DNA of 64,000 nt, taken from positions 62,001 to 126,000 of the forward strand of contig MU057560.1 of NCBI GenBank assembly GCA_013265495.1, read 5' to 3'. Below are positions 1 through 13,402 of this stretch, piece after piece; the stretch's first letter is position 1; each line of letters opens with the position of its first letter. A program made the position numbers and the translations under genes. Origin of the DNA: Vicugna vicugna (taxonomy: Eukaryota). The notes under the pieces were generated by a model, which did no database searches, was not told where the DNA came from, and worked only from the letters and a program-made list of their open reading frames with translations.

Positions 1-134
1 ATCTGTTTCTCTCTCTACTCCCCCTCTTCCCACTCCACCAGGCTCAGCTCCTAGCAAGCCTCGGACCCCTGGGCCCTGCTCTTTAGGAGACGGGGTGGGA
101 GGGGGTGGGGTTCATTTTCCTTGAGATATCAAGA

Positions 135-275
135 TACAGCACCAGTCCCTCCCTTATTAGCTCTATGATTTAATTTCTCTGGGCCTTGCTTTCTTCACCA
201 ATAAAACAGATTATAATCACCAGTTGCTCTGAGGATCAAATAGGAATGAATGCAAAAGTGCTTTTTAAACCATGG
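135..275 (+). mobile_element. MIR SINE fragment (ancient)
   Basis: Degenerate MIR core: 'ttctctgggccttgctttcttcaccaataaaac...ttgctctgaggatcaaatagga...atgcaaaagtgctt'. Confidence 0.6.
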
Positions 276-3200
276 AAGAAAGAACAAATATTAGTTACTA
301 CAGAGAGACACCAGTCAAATGAATCTTCGTAGGTACTCTGCTCACCAGCTTATCTCACAGATAAAGAGATCAAACACCTAGAAATGAAACGCTTTGTCCA
401 ACCTCCTTCCTCATGAAGATTGTCTTCCCTCCTGTATTTTGGCCTGTCCCTTGTTACTCTGGATCCTCTTTGCAACCCAATTTCTGTAATTAATTTATCT
501 CCTCCCATGACTTTTAAGTATCACCGAGTTACTGGTAATGCCAAACTCTACCAGCACCACCAGCATCCTTCCTCTCGCCTCCTAGTTTCAGCAAATATCT
601 TGGCAGGAGAGGGTGATGAGGCGGGACTAGGAAGTGGGCAGTCACGCTTACCGAGGAGGTCAGCTGCCCAAGCCGGAATGTTTCTGCAGCTCCTCCTGAT
701 GCCCACGCAGGGCCGTCAATCTCACTCCAGGGGCACTACCTCCAGACATCTCTTCCTGTGTAGTCAGTGACTGCCTACACTTGAGACAGGGTATCTAATG
801 AAGGAGCTTAGACCCCCCGCCCCCACCCACCTGAATCTGCAGAGTCAAACTCAAGAAATAGAACCTTTTACGAGAGTTAAAATATAATTATTTTCATATT
901 AATGACAACCCTAACAAAAGTTTTGCCAGTTGTAAAGGTAAAAGTTCCATCCTGAGCAGTCATTTTTAACTGAAAACTATTTTCCCGTAACACGGCTGCT
1001 TTCATATGAGCATGTTTTTTAAAACAGGCCCATGGAATCCTGAGGTCCATGAATATATTTCTAAGGGGTCTGAGAGAACTTCTTCTCTTTAAAATGATTA
1101 TTTCCATTATTCAGATTTTAGAGACACTGTTAACACATCTGGGACTGTTTACTTCAGAATTTAGAAATAACAAAAATATCTTGCCTTACTATTATTATTA
1201 TTTTAATTTTTACAGTGTGGTCCAAGTCTCTCTTCCCCAGAGCACCAATCATAGATTATAACTCTCCCCTGTGAAAACTCAGAACCCCTCTTTGATGAGT
1301 GGCAATTCCTTTGTAAACTGTAAAGGGCCCCATAAACATTTGGCGCAGGCAGAGCAAACCAGTTATTGAAGTTACGAGCCCCCAACACAAGTCTAAAATC
1401 TGGCTTAATTGCAGCGAGAATGTTCTGATTCATTTAATAGTTTGTGTAAGAAGTGCCCTGTGATGTTATTTCCTTTAAATCTAGTTCGATCAGACGCCAG
1501 GCCTCCACGGTGCTGAGATGAAGGGAACATAAAATGGAGCCGTCATTGGGCTCCCATCATATAGCTGGGCTTCCAGTACTGCACAGGTCTTGGGTCTACA
1601 CAAGGCAGATCATTCCGGAAAGCCCTTCTGGGACCCCTCCACCTCCAGGTGTCACTGAGATGCTCTTGGTCCAAGAGGCCCGGACCCTTAAGCCTGGAAG
1701 CTCTGGCAGTTCTGTGTGGCTTACAGCACTGGAATATTCACGGTGACCTACAGCGCGTGGCCTGGCCTGGCCTGACAGTCACGAGCGCCACTTTCCTTGG
1801 CATCTTCTCAGCAAGGGGTGAGGGAGCCGACCGAGAAGCCTTCCTACCATGGCAAAGCTCACCGAGGGGCAGTCCTTCTGCGGCGAGACTGCAGCTCCTG
1901 CCAATCTCCCGTGCTTTTAGCCCGCAAAGCCCTTCTTCTTTCCCCTCCCTTTCTGAGATATGATGTGTATTCTCTTTAATCAGCTTCAAATCTTTGAAAT
2001 TTAGAGGACTCAATTTAACATGTTTAATTTGATTAAATTCATTCAAACTCTGAGCATGAAGCCTGCTAGGGTGAATTTTGGGGATGACTGGGGTTCTTCC
2101 ACTTTATTTGCATTGCAAAAGAACATGGCAGCCACCAAATTTTGGAAGAGTCTCTGATCTGTGGTCCATGGTGGTCACCATGGACATCTTGACCCAGGCC
2201 CCCTAGTTTCTTCCAATGAGGCAGCTCAGCTCTGTGGCTCTGTGGCTCTTGTACTGGGTTTGGGGCCGGGAACCCAGACCCAGCTACCTTCAGAGCACCA
2301 TTGTCCATGCCATCACGCCATCACTTTTTTGGGTTCTGAGGGCAGAGCCAGCTACAGGGCCGTGTGACTCACAGGATCCCACGTCTATCCTCCTTCTGCG
2401 ATCTGGAGATCCTTCCTCTTTCTCTCATTCCCTTCAGCAGATTTCATCTCTTTTCCTTTCCCCTGGTATAATTTGAGGCAATCTGCTTGGGATGGAGCGA
2501 AAAAAAAAGAAAGTAAAAATAAACAGTAATTAATATTTAGGGCAATTCTCCTGCTAGGAAATTCTATAGAGTGCTAGAGAGCTCAGAGGTTTGTTTTCAT
2601 GCTGGAAATGTCAGGGTCAAGGTTGAAAATGGATCCCAGCAAATGCACATGAGGTGGTCTATTCATTTCATCACTTAACAAACAGGTTTTGGGCAAAGAC
2701 GGGAAGGAGCACAATGCCATGGGAGGCAGGTAAGGGAACATCAGGTTGTCATGTGAGCCGTGGTCTGCACAGTGGTAAAACCTGGACTCTGAAGCGGTTG
2801 TCCTGGGTTAGAACCCTGGCTCAGCTGCCTTCCAGGTGTGCGTCGCAGTACTTCCGGGTCAGGGTCACAGAGCCCACCGGTGTCGATGCCCGGCTCGTCG
2901 GAGTTCTCACGTACATGAGTGCTCGTCTGCTACTGAGGGATCGAGACTTTAATTTTGTGACATATTTTCTCCCTCCTAGAAATGTATGAACAGACACTCT
3001 TTATATTCATGGTTTTATTATCATTATCTCATTAAACTTCTAAAACTTGTTTACTTTATGTTTCTAAATGCTCTTTCTCTAAAGCTGTTTGCAGGGGCCA
3101 TCGAAGCTCATGGGTTTCTTCTTAGAGAAGAGAAGGAAGATCCAGGTGCTGAGTAACACAACTCTCCCCAGTTGTCGTTTCAGAAGTGACTTCTGAGCAG

Positions 3201-3466
3201 GCCAAGCATGAGACGTGAAGCCCCCTCCTTTTCAGACATCACTATCTGACGAGGGAGTAGGGCGCACAGACACAGTGCAGCCCCCTCAGGTCAGCACCCA
3301 GCGGCCAGATCCGACGTAGGACCCGGGAGCTTCCTTGAACATACGCTGTTCCCTGTCCGCACAGCATCCCCAGCTGCCCCAGCCCCAGCCCGGCTCCAGT
3401 CTGTACCATCCAGGCTAGAGTCCAGGTCGGGAAGACCCGGATTCTTGACAATGGCTGCTTCTCCCC

Positions 3467-3578
3467 GTGTGTGTGTGTGTGTGTGTGTCTTGGTGTCTGT
3501 GTGTGTGTGTTTGTGTGTCCATGTGTGTGTCTGTGTCTGTGTGTGTGTGTGTGTGTCTGTGTGTGTGTGTGTGTGTGT
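3467..3578. repeat. Interrupted (TG)n microsatellite, about 112 bp
   Basis: TG dinucleotide run with TC/TT interruptions, directly visible. Confidence 0.97.
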
Positions 3579-3734
3579 TTGGATCTTGCTCTTCTTGGCA
3601 CCAAGTGCTATGTGGACTATTTGTTTTACTGTAAAATACGTAAGTCAGTTCTTCCTTGGCAATTCCATAACATGTTTGGAGGCAACTGGAGATGCCCTAA
3701 GACATCATTCATTTGGGTGGAAAATAATCATCAT

Positions 3735-3910
3735 TACATGACAATAGTAGCAATGAATTGAGTGCTGACTATGTGCTGGTTCAGGTCCAGACACTTTACA
3801 AACTCTTTTCCTAATCTCCGCCTCAGTCCTACAAGGGACCAACCTTACTGGCTTTCTTTTGTAGGTGAAGGGGTTGAGGCTTACGGAGATAAAGTAGTTT
3901 GTCCAAAGCC
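3735..3910 (-). mobile_element. MIR SINE fragment
   Basis: 'ttgagtgctgactatgtgctgg...tttgtaggtgaaggggttgaggcttacggagataaagtagtttgtccaaag' matches the reverse complement of the MIR core. Confidence 0.7.
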
Positions 3911-6900
3911 TTGTGTTTCTTCATTAGAGCCTCCTCAGTGAAATGTCTTCTGGCTTTGTCCTACTCTAACTGCTGCATTATTTTCCAGTTTTCGCTCCCT
4001 GTTCTATAAGAACTGGAATCGGAGAACATCTCTAATTGAAACACATACACAGTTATTGTCTAAAGTGCCTAGAAGAGGTGAGATGCTTGAAAAAGTTGGG
4101 AGGAACTAGCGAAAGGACCCCTAACTTTGCCTTGAACTCATTCTCACGTCTGTGGTGTTGGAAAGGCAGTTCCCAGGGCAGAGCTGCGTGAGGGCAGAGG
4201 GCAAGGTGCAGGTGAGCGTGCACCTTCTCCCTGCCTGCAGCGCCCTGTCTCCTCCAGCTTGCCTTATAAATTAGTCTTTTTAAAGTGTTACGTGTTCCCC
4301 ACTCCCTGGATTTTGTCTTATTCCTCTCTGTACCCTCAACATACGATATAGCACCTGCTGGCATAACGGATATTAAAAGATCTTTGCTGACATTAAGGAA
4401 AAAACATGAGCTGAATATCACAAAATCTGTATTTTCTAATCAAAATGCTCCAGTATTTAGTGTATCTTTAGAACATATCTGTTATCACTTAGTCTTGCTC
4501 CTTTAGCCAAATCGATTAAAATCCATTCTGTTCTCCTACTGATTCAGAGTTTGGGTAATTTTCTGCTTCATCTATTTCACAGAGTCCCTTTTGAGCAACT
4601 CCTGACAAAGCATCCACTGTGAAAAATGTCTTAAAATATACTTGGGTTACAAGGAGGAATTCCAGTTGCTGCTGCAATGTTATCTCAGTTCTTTGCCAGT
4701 GGGGTGGTCTCCTCAAACGTGTTTTTTGGCGTCCTTGGAGGGTAGTTGAGGCTGGGTCTTCAACCTGGGCCTATCAGTGCCGTGCTGGTGGCCCGCGGCC
4801 AAGCCAGCAGTGGACAGAGTCGCTGAGGACTCTCACGGTGCAGAACCATCCACCCTCCCAGCCTCTGCCTCACTCCTCCCCCACGTGCATCCTTTGCCCT
4901 CCCCTCCCTGGACCACAGCATCTGACTCTGATTTTCCTTTTCTTCCTCACATAGTCAAAGTCTGATCATTCCTCAAGGTCCTAAGGTCTGATTCATAAGC
5001 CGTACCTTTAGAGAATTTTCTTTGATTTCTCAGCTAAAATTTCTCTATCCTTGGAACATCCCCCGAATCAGTTTCCACTTCCATTATTGTGCTTTTAGGT
5101 GGAATTATGTGTGCACCTTTCTTAATTAGAATATAAACTGTGTACGAAGGAGGGCACCGTGTCTAATTCTGACTCTCCTCCTCTCACTGTACCGCCTCCT
5201 CTTACACGTACAAGATGCTTAATGAACGATTCTGTAAGAATTAAAGAACGTGCGTACTTTGGCTCCCTGCGGGGGTGGCGGGTACAGTGGAAAGAAGGTG
5301 CACCCACATCCCCAGGAACTGGGCTCCGGTTTGACCATTCATAAGGAATCTTGGGCACACATACTTCAAAACTTCTTTTCATCTTTTTGGTCAGTGAGAG
5401 TAAAAAATGCCTGGGGGGACACTAACTCAGCCTTTTAGCTGCTGCGTCGCCGCGCGCAGGACTCAGGCTCGGGGAAGCTCCCTGCGGTCTCCCTTCTGCT
5501 CTTCTGTTTCCTTCCTGGTAACAGTAACGCATCCTTGACTTTGACCGCTTTTTTAACTGTCCTTTTCTTCTGATCAGAGACAGTGTCTCTCCTGTGTTTC
5601 TTGAATCACTGGTACCTAGTAAGATACATACACACACATCGTACTTTATATTTATGTGTATATATATTTGTAAAAAGGTTGGTCTAGTGGATGGATGCAC
5701 AGAAACTCTGATATCCTGTTAATTGCTGCCAGTGACATTTGCTGCTGGGAAATGCTGGAAACTCCTTTTAAATCTTATCCCCTCCCCGCCCTCCCGCAAA
5801 ATGGAGCTCACAAAGTCTCCTCTCTCCTTTAGACATCATTTCCCTAATCAATATTTCCCAAAAGTGATTCCATAGAAGGAATCATGGGCACCAGTCAAAA
5901 AAAAAAAAACAAACAAGGAAGAAGAAGAAGAAGAAAAAAGAAAAGATGCAAAGTCAAATAAGTCATTTGACCAATAAACTTATTATTTCTGACTTATATC
6001 TATTGATATCGAAGTTTAGAAGGCTCTCTTCGATATTTTGATCATCTCCCAGTATGTAGAAGTTCTTCTCATTTGAATACTTTCCTGAAAAACTCCCTAA
6101 AATACAGAAATTTTCGATATGAAAATTCCAGGTATGGGGGATAGCCTTGGCGTCCTTCCTCCTGATGGCCGGAAACTCCTTGTGTGATGACGAATGGAAA
6201 CAAAGTCAGTGACTGGGTGTTGCCATCCCTCAGATTCCGCTTCATGGGCCACTCCTTTCCAGCGCCGCGTTGGCACGGCACAGGTGAAGGGCCCCAAGAG
6301 GTTCGGAAGCCTTGTAACCGAACTAGTGACTCTTTCAAAGATATTCCTTAAGATACATTCAAATCCTGCAAGAAATAATAAATGAGGGAATAATCAGGGA
6401 CATTTATTTCTCAGGGCTTAACTGCAATGCTGCCTCTCCGCACGCACAATTTATGACGAGTGAGAATTTTTGGTGAGTGGAATGCTTATGCTAGGAGAAA
6501 AAATTAATGGCCATCTGTAAAAGAGGGGACGGCTGGCAAATCTGTTACGCATGTTGTAATAAAAATGGTTTATTGGGCTATCGTGGTCAGACACAGGAGC
6601 CAAATGCTGCAGACTCCTCTGCAGAACATGCCGGGACTTAATTCTGTTTTCCCTGACACTGGTAGTACCGCTCTCTGAAGCACTGCTCTTCTGGCCCATT
6701 CTGAAGGGTTCTTATAAAATGGGCTCTTTCTGGACTGCTGGGCTTGGACCCACAGGATCTGCTTTTGAGCCCCAGGATTCTAGCTGAAAACGAAAATTTG
6801 GCTCAGATAAACTCTAAGGTCCCATGCAAACAGTGCTTCTAGGATACGAAATCCCTTCTCGTGAATAAAGTCTAAAAAAACATCCAGTCAGCCTGCACTC

Positions 6901-7164
6901 AGCGCCACTTCAGTATGTGTAAGAATGATGTGCGCACCAGCTTTCAAAAACGCTACGTTCCGGGAAGTAAGGAAGTGCTCAGGGAACAAGGACCCATGTG
7001 AAAAGGCACAGGAGTCAGCCTGAGGGAGAGGCCGCTGGCCAAACAGGAGACATCGAGCATCAAAGACCCGGGAGCAATGGCAGAACAGCTGGCAGCACCC
7101 CTGGATCACATGAGCCCGCGCGGATGTGACTCAGTCAGCCGGGAATGCGAAGTGCAAACCCTTC

Positions 7165-7510
7165 CAGTCTCGACGATGCTGGCCGTGCTCGCCTGGCTAA
7201 GGTGGTGTCTGCCAGGTTTCTTCCTGCCAAGGTACTGTTCTTTTCCCCTGTGTTAAACATTGCTACCTTGGGTTGAGGTGCTTCTCATCAAAACCTCTCT
7301 GTTAGCACCTTCAGCGATTCCTTCCTGAGTAAGTCGTTACTGCGACGGCAGGACAGAGCGACTCTAATCTTACCGTGCTTCTGCATTCCTAACTCGGCAT
7401 CCTGTTGTAAGTCAGAGCCCCACCCGCCCCTCCGTTTGTTATTTATTTGTTTGTTTATATCAGTGTGGACCCACAGACTCCACGTGGAGGTTATACAGAG
7501 ATGCTTTACA
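7165..7510 (-). mobile_element. Old L1 3' end fragment (L1MC/L1ME-like)
   Basis: 'ctggctaaggtggtgtctgccaggtttctt' and 'tttatatcagtgtggacccacagac' resemble old L1M 3' UTR consensus (recalled). Confidence 0.6.
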
Positions 7511-8507
7511 CTGTTCTCGCTGGTTTTCTGTGTCTGGAATTATTTTCAAATCTAATGTTTATGAAAATAGTACACACGTCCACCAGCAAATTGGAGATGA
7601 GTCTTCGGCCTCAGCTGCTTTCTTGACTCGCACTGCCCCGGGCTGCCTTTGCTTTTGCAGTTGTCACCACCGTCTCCTCAGGACTCGGCAACGCGCGAGC
7701 CCAGGCTGGCCGCCGGCGCGGTAACAGAGCAGCGCTTCTCGGCGACAGCCACGTCTCCCCCAGAAGCCCGGCCTTTCAGAGTCGCCAGGGGAGCACGGAG
7801 GCGACTCGCGTGGTTGTCTCGCGTCCCGTCCTGCCCTCCACGTGGAGCAGTGGGGCTCTCTGCACCCGGTGCACCCCGGGGTGCGAAATGCACCCGAGTC
7901 GAGTTCCTTGCTTGTTTTCATGGGCTTGCTCTTGGTTCCAGCAGGCACCATCCGTCTCCTTGAGACGGACACCCTTCATGCCCTTGTTCCTCTCCTGTTA
8001 CGTGACCGCAAGACGAGCCCGCTCGTACCCTCCGTGTCTTGCTGAGATTTTACTGCCCAGCTCTTCTCCTTCCATGCCCTCTTCTCCTGAAGCTCGCGCA
8101 CAGGATGTGGCAACGAGACGGAAATTAGAGGGCGCCCTCACCTCTCACCCAGCCCTGGGCCGGGGACCTGGCGTCAGCTATGTTCACTTAAACTCTCACT
8201 TGCCACAGATTTTCTCATTGTTTCCTGCTGAAAAATTCTTGGGAACCTCTCCTCCAATTCCCTCCGCTAGACTAGCTCGTGCGGCTCTGCATTCTGTTCT
8301 TCTGGGAGGGTAGCAGTTTATGTCTGTTGTCCCCCTTCACTCACAAAAACGTCTCTGTGACGATGACGTATTTATTATCGGTCAGCCTGTCCACGGGGGC
8401 AAAGTCTGGATTCAACCATACGCTGCTGCACATTGTCGGTTTTCCCTCCAAACTTCAGACCAGCTGGGTAGGAAGATTATGATTTCAGACCATACTAAGG
8501 GTTGCTC

Positions 8508-8570
8508 TGTGTGTGTGTGTGTCTGTGTGTGTGTGTCTGTGTGTGTGTGTCTGTGTGTCTGTGTGTGTGT
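8508..8570. repeat. Interrupted (TG)n microsatellite
   Basis: TG/TC run, directly visible. Confidence 0.95.
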
Positions 8571-9097
8571 TGCTGGTGGGGTTGAGGGACCTCTATCCCC
8601 ATTTTGTTTTCATGGTTCTGCCTGAAGACAACCAACTAGGTAAGACGCTGAGTGAAGGAGAAGGCGTGAAGAAAGGTGTCCATAGGTAGATTTCTCTATG
8701 GCCGGACTAGGGCTTAGGATTTTAGAGAAAACAGACGTGCGGGGAGATCGTGGAGAGAAACGCGTATCCAGCCTACACCTCTGCGCAGCCCCACCCCGGT
8801 CAGGGCGCCACGCAGCCCGTGATGCTTACATGTGGCTGTGATTTAGGGAAAGGGTGGGGGATATTAAGGCCCATGTGGAGAATCTAATTTAACACAGATG
8901 GAGATGCGTGCGGGGCCTAGGAGCAAACGCAGCCCTGGGGGAGCACAGAGGAAGGGCCACTGCAGCAACCAGAGGGCTGCCAGCTCGCGGCCCCGAGATG
9001 GGGGGCCTTCGAGCGCGTCTCCCGGGCGTGTGTGATGTGGGAGATGTTCCAGTGTGGCTGCGAGAACCAGAGTGCGCGGGGCCTTGAGAGTCAAGCC

Positions 9098-9395
9098 NNN
9101 NNNNNNNNNNNNNNNNNNNNNNNNNNNNNNNNNNNNNNNNNNNNNNNNNNNNNNNNNNNNNNNNNNNNNNNNNNNNNNNNNNNNNNNNNNNNNNNNNNNN
9201 NNNNNNNNNNNNNNNNNNNNNNNNNNNNNNNNNNNNNNNNNNNNNNNNNNNNNNNNNNNNNNNNNNNNNNNNNNNNNNNNNNNNNNNNNNNNNNNNNNNN
9301 NNNNNNNNNNNNNNNNNNNNNNNNNNNNNNNNNNNNNNNNNNNNNNNNNNNNNNNNNNNNNNNNNNNNNNNNNNNNNNNNNNNNNNNNNNNNNNN
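9098..9395. other. Assembly gap (298 N)
   Basis: Run of N bases. Confidence 1.
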
Positions 9396-11384
9396 GTTCA
9401 CATCCATCGTGCACCCACATGCATGTCTGAACTGCCACCACGTGGCAGGCGTTGAGCTGGGTGCTGGGTCTACAGGCATCAGCACATCAGAAATGGGACG
9501 CTTAGGACTCACTCTGTCCCCTGGGGAGGTGGTATTTACCTCCATCAGCCAGTTGAGAACAGTGGCATACAGATAGGGTAAGTATCTTGCCCGAAGTCAC
9601 ACTGGAATACGGTAGACCAGAGACTGACGGACTGATCTTTCTGATATAAAGCCTCAATTTTTTCTCACTCACAAAAATATGATGGTTGACCTAGAGTTGC
9701 TGCTATGAGCCTTCATATCTCTAAAATTCTACATTCCAATTTTTTTTCTTTTTTTAATTCTACATAACAGCTTTGTATGATAGTGAGGCCAGTTGTTTAT
9801 CCTTTCAACATCCAGATTCTCAGAAGCCATTGTACATCAGTTGTCCTGTTCATTTTCCAAGATACGATGTATCACTGGCAGGCTGAGACACGGTGCCAGG
9901 ATGATTTCCATGTGATTAACCTTTTGAAGCTACATTGAGGACAGACCTCATTCTGTAAGTCAGAAAAATGGAAAACGCTGCTCCTCATCTTAAAGGCGGG
10001 TCTCTAGGGACTTGGTAAAGGAATGAGGGGGATGAGATCCGCGGTGTCTCCCAATACGTAAGTGACGGATGAGGCATTGTGCCTTGGGTGAACCTTTGAA
10101 ATGCTGCTGAGCACGACCAGGGAAAGCCCAGATAACTGACGGGAGAGTTTCAAGCAAATCTTCATGGATGTGATACGCGAACGTGTCATTGTGGGGAGTT
10201 GGCAGGGTGCAGTGATTCTGGGGTCTCTTTTGACTCACAAGCCATATCCGTGAGGATCCAGATGGGACTTCTTTGGCCTGAATAGATTTGAAACACGTAT
10301 CTTTAGAAGGAATGCACATTTTTCTGCACCCTGCAGATTTTTTCTCCTCCTTATCGCCATATACCCAGCCACTCTGCCCCTGTGCTGACACTGGAGGGTC
10401 ATCTGGGGGTGCCACCCCCCAGTGCGGCAGGAAGGGCCAGTGACAAGGAAGCAGGGTGGGAAGAACACAGGTGGCCTTGGTCCCAGGCACACTTTGGTCC
10501 TCATTGGCTTGTGTTCTTGGTCCATTTGGCTAATATTCTGGACATTAACTGGTTCCCTTCTGAGCAAACTGAGCAAGACATTTGCAGGCTATCTCTGAGA
10601 TTTAGAAGTAAGAAATGATGGGAAAGAACCCAACCTACGAGTCACTCATAGTTGCTGCTCCTTAAATGACGGCTGTCGCTTCCCTCTTCACCTGTTTGTT
10701 TCCACACTTAGTGATCACATAGCACGTGTTCTTGACCGCACCTGCTTCAGGGGCTACAATGAGAAGGAAGTGTTACTTGATTTTCAGGGAGTGAGGCAGT
10801 TCATCTCCTCACTCTGGTAACCGAGAAGAGAAGGGGCTGGCTACAGGATCCCTCTGACCCCCTCCACTCTCTCGGTTCTGTGACCTCCACGGGAAGTGCC
10901 ACTTTCCCCTGTAATGAAGAGACATCTTGGTTCACACCCTGCTCCCTGTCTGGATGGCACGTGCATAACTAGCTCATTGTCTTCTGAGGCTCTTTGTCTG
11001 AGAGGGGCGGGTGGATCTGTTAATTCAGTGGCTTGTGCAGAACTCTCGTCTCACAGTCAATTACAGAAGTCTTTGAACAGCGTTGCTGAAAACGTGTTTG
11101 ACTTAATCATTTCTGACAGCAGTGGGGACGGGGCTGCGAATCAGCATACTGCACACAGGAATGTCATTAGCGGACGGGTCTCAGGGCACCGATCTGCCCC
11201 TCTGTGTGTTCTCAGGGTGACTGTACCGATAAACGTCACCTCTTTATGACATACTCTGATCACCTCTACCAGCAGGTTAAAAATAATTGGCTATTTGATT
11301 TTTTGCCAGCCCAGGGAACTTCCTCTAATCCTTAACAACAGCAGGAACCACCACCACCACCAAACAGTGCAGAGGAAAGTAAAC

Positions 11385-11610
11385 GGTAAGAGTGAGGCTC
11401 TGGGGTCGGATCACTGGGTTCAAACACCAGGGGTACCACCTACTGGCCCTGCGACTGGAGCCAATGAATTGACCCCTCTGTGCCTCAGTTTTCTCATCTG
11501 TAAAAGAGCGTCGGTGAAAGAACACTAGGAGCCATCTTACCAGTAGGGGAGAATACACGTAAAGCGCCTGGTCCAGCGCCTGGCGCACTGTAAGCCCTTA
11601 ATAAAGGTGA
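11385..11610 (+). mobile_element. MIR SINE
   Basis: 'ctgggttcaaacaccag...cctctgtgcctcagttttctcatctgtaaaag...gtaaagcgcctggtccagcgcctggcgcactgtaagcccttaataaa'. Confidence 0.85.
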
Positions 11611-12080
11611 GGAACTGCATTCATTACCAAGGGCGGGCACACTGCCCACTGCTCTGTCCACGTCAGTGCCAATGTGAAGCTCACCAGTGCTGAGCGCTTT
11701 TTCATGCCAAGCTCCACATGCTTTACATGTAGTAACTCATTTTGCCCTTCAGCACATTTGATAAATAAAAATATTTTTGTTTCAAAATGGAGGAATCTGA
11801 GTGCTAACAGAAACTGGATGTAAACCCCCGTTTATTTGATGAGGCAAGTCTACGCCTCAGATCAGGGCTCTGAGAATACTGTAGCTCTTAAACTGCTGGC
11901 TTGTCATCATATTCTGGACCAGTGACCTTATAACTCAGACATTTGGCTGTTCTTCTGGAAATTAGGGTGTTGGAGAAAGGGGGACAAAGGGGAAGATTTC
12001 CTTTTCACTCTTGTACAACACAGAGACTGTCAACAGAGATAATCAACAGACAATCTGTAATAGGAATAGAAAAGAGTTTT

Positions 12081-13402
12081 GGAGAGAAGCAAGATGGCAG
12101 AGTAGAAGGACGCCCGTAGCTCACCCACTCCCACAAATACACCAAAACTCACATCTACGGACCCACTCAGCCAACCAGGGCACCTGCTGAACTCAGACAG
12201 AACATCGCCCTCTTTGAAAGACAAAGACGCCCAAAATTTGACAGAAGAGGAAAAAAGAAAGAAAAAAAAGCAAAACAGTTTGGGACCGGTCCCGCGGGGA
12301 GGGAGCGGCAAAGGAGGACTGGTGCTCGTTCGCTGGGTCTCCCCCCTTCAACGGAGAGGCCAGTGGGGCGGAGGGGGAGCCTCCAGAGCTCAGATCTGCC
12401 CCGAGCACCCCTTGACTGACAGAACTGAGTTAAATGGGCACAGAGGGTCCCCACGACACCTAGACCGAGATGCGGGCCAGCAGCTGGGGCCAGGCCAGGC
12501 CGTCCAAGCCGGGCGGAAGACAGGGGCAGATGCACTGAAGCAGCCCCGGGGGACTGCAGGGGGCTGCGCGCCGAGGCCAGGAGGGGATACAGAGCAGAGC
12601 AACCTCGGTCCCCCATAAATTGCGAAAAAAGGCGAAGCAACACGGCTGGTGTGCCCTGGGGGCAGGGGCGCCATAGCCTTTGTCTCCTCAGACCTGCACC
12701 GCCATTACTGGCACTTCTCACAAGAAGAGAGGCGGGCGCAGCCACAGCCGACACCTCCCCCTGTAAGAGCGCCCAGGCGGGGGTGGGGCCGAGCCCTGAA
12801 TCTGCACCCGGGGGCTCCGCGGCCTCCTGGGCAGGACTGAGAATTGTTTACAGCCCTAGACAGATAGGATCCTTCTGCCCTGATACCTCAGAGAACTCGC
12901 ACCGTCAAGACAAACAAGGAGCTGAGATTTGGCATGGAGCAGAGGTGGAGCCATGCCGTGGTCTTCCCCAAGCCCGCCTTCGGAGCGCCGACTGGAGGCG
13001 GAGCGGGCAGCTGCACAGAGCAGCAGAGCTACCGGTGCTGGGAAAGGGCTGGTGGTCACCCGCCCTCGTGGCAGGAACGCAGCACCTGACCGCGATGCTG
13101 GGAGGGGGCGCGATCTGCCCACCTGCCTTGCCTGAGCACAGCATTTGAGGGGGAGTGACCCGCCCACCCACAGGATAAGAGCTCAGCACCTGACCCAGTG
13201 TTGGGAGGGGGCATGATCTGCTAGCTGACAGCCACTGGGAGCAGCACAGAAGAGAGTGCCAACAGAGGGTCTCTGGAAACAGCAAGCTGAGTTCGCAAAA
13301 CAGGGCGAAGACACAAAGACCTCTCGATAAAATCATTAAGAGCACACCGTCTCCAGGACGACCAGATAACTGATACTCCTTAAGCCACAGTGCCAGAGAG
13401 AT
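12081..13402 (+). promoter_or_regulatory. L1 5' UTR / internal Pol II promoter, CpG-rich
   Basis: YY1-type CAAGATGGC at 12090-12098, just inside the 5' end as in other L1s. Many CpGs retained. Duplicated 'agcacctgacc...tgggagggggc..gatctgc' motif near 13081 and 13185. Confidence 0.75.

Noticed and set aside
1496..1517. REST/RE1-like site on the minus strand (TCAGCACCGTGGAGGC)
   Set aside because: Only the left half-site is good; the right half lacks GGACAG.
3242..3761. His/Thr-rich and Cys/Val-rich ORFs
   Set aside because: Translations of the (TG)n microsatellite.
5950..6370. Minus-strand acceptors (ttcttgcag near 6367, gtattttag near 6097) followed by open frames
   Set aside because: No recognisable protein and no partner exons.
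8889..9545. ORFs of 116-218 aa
   Set aside because: Open only because they span the N gap.
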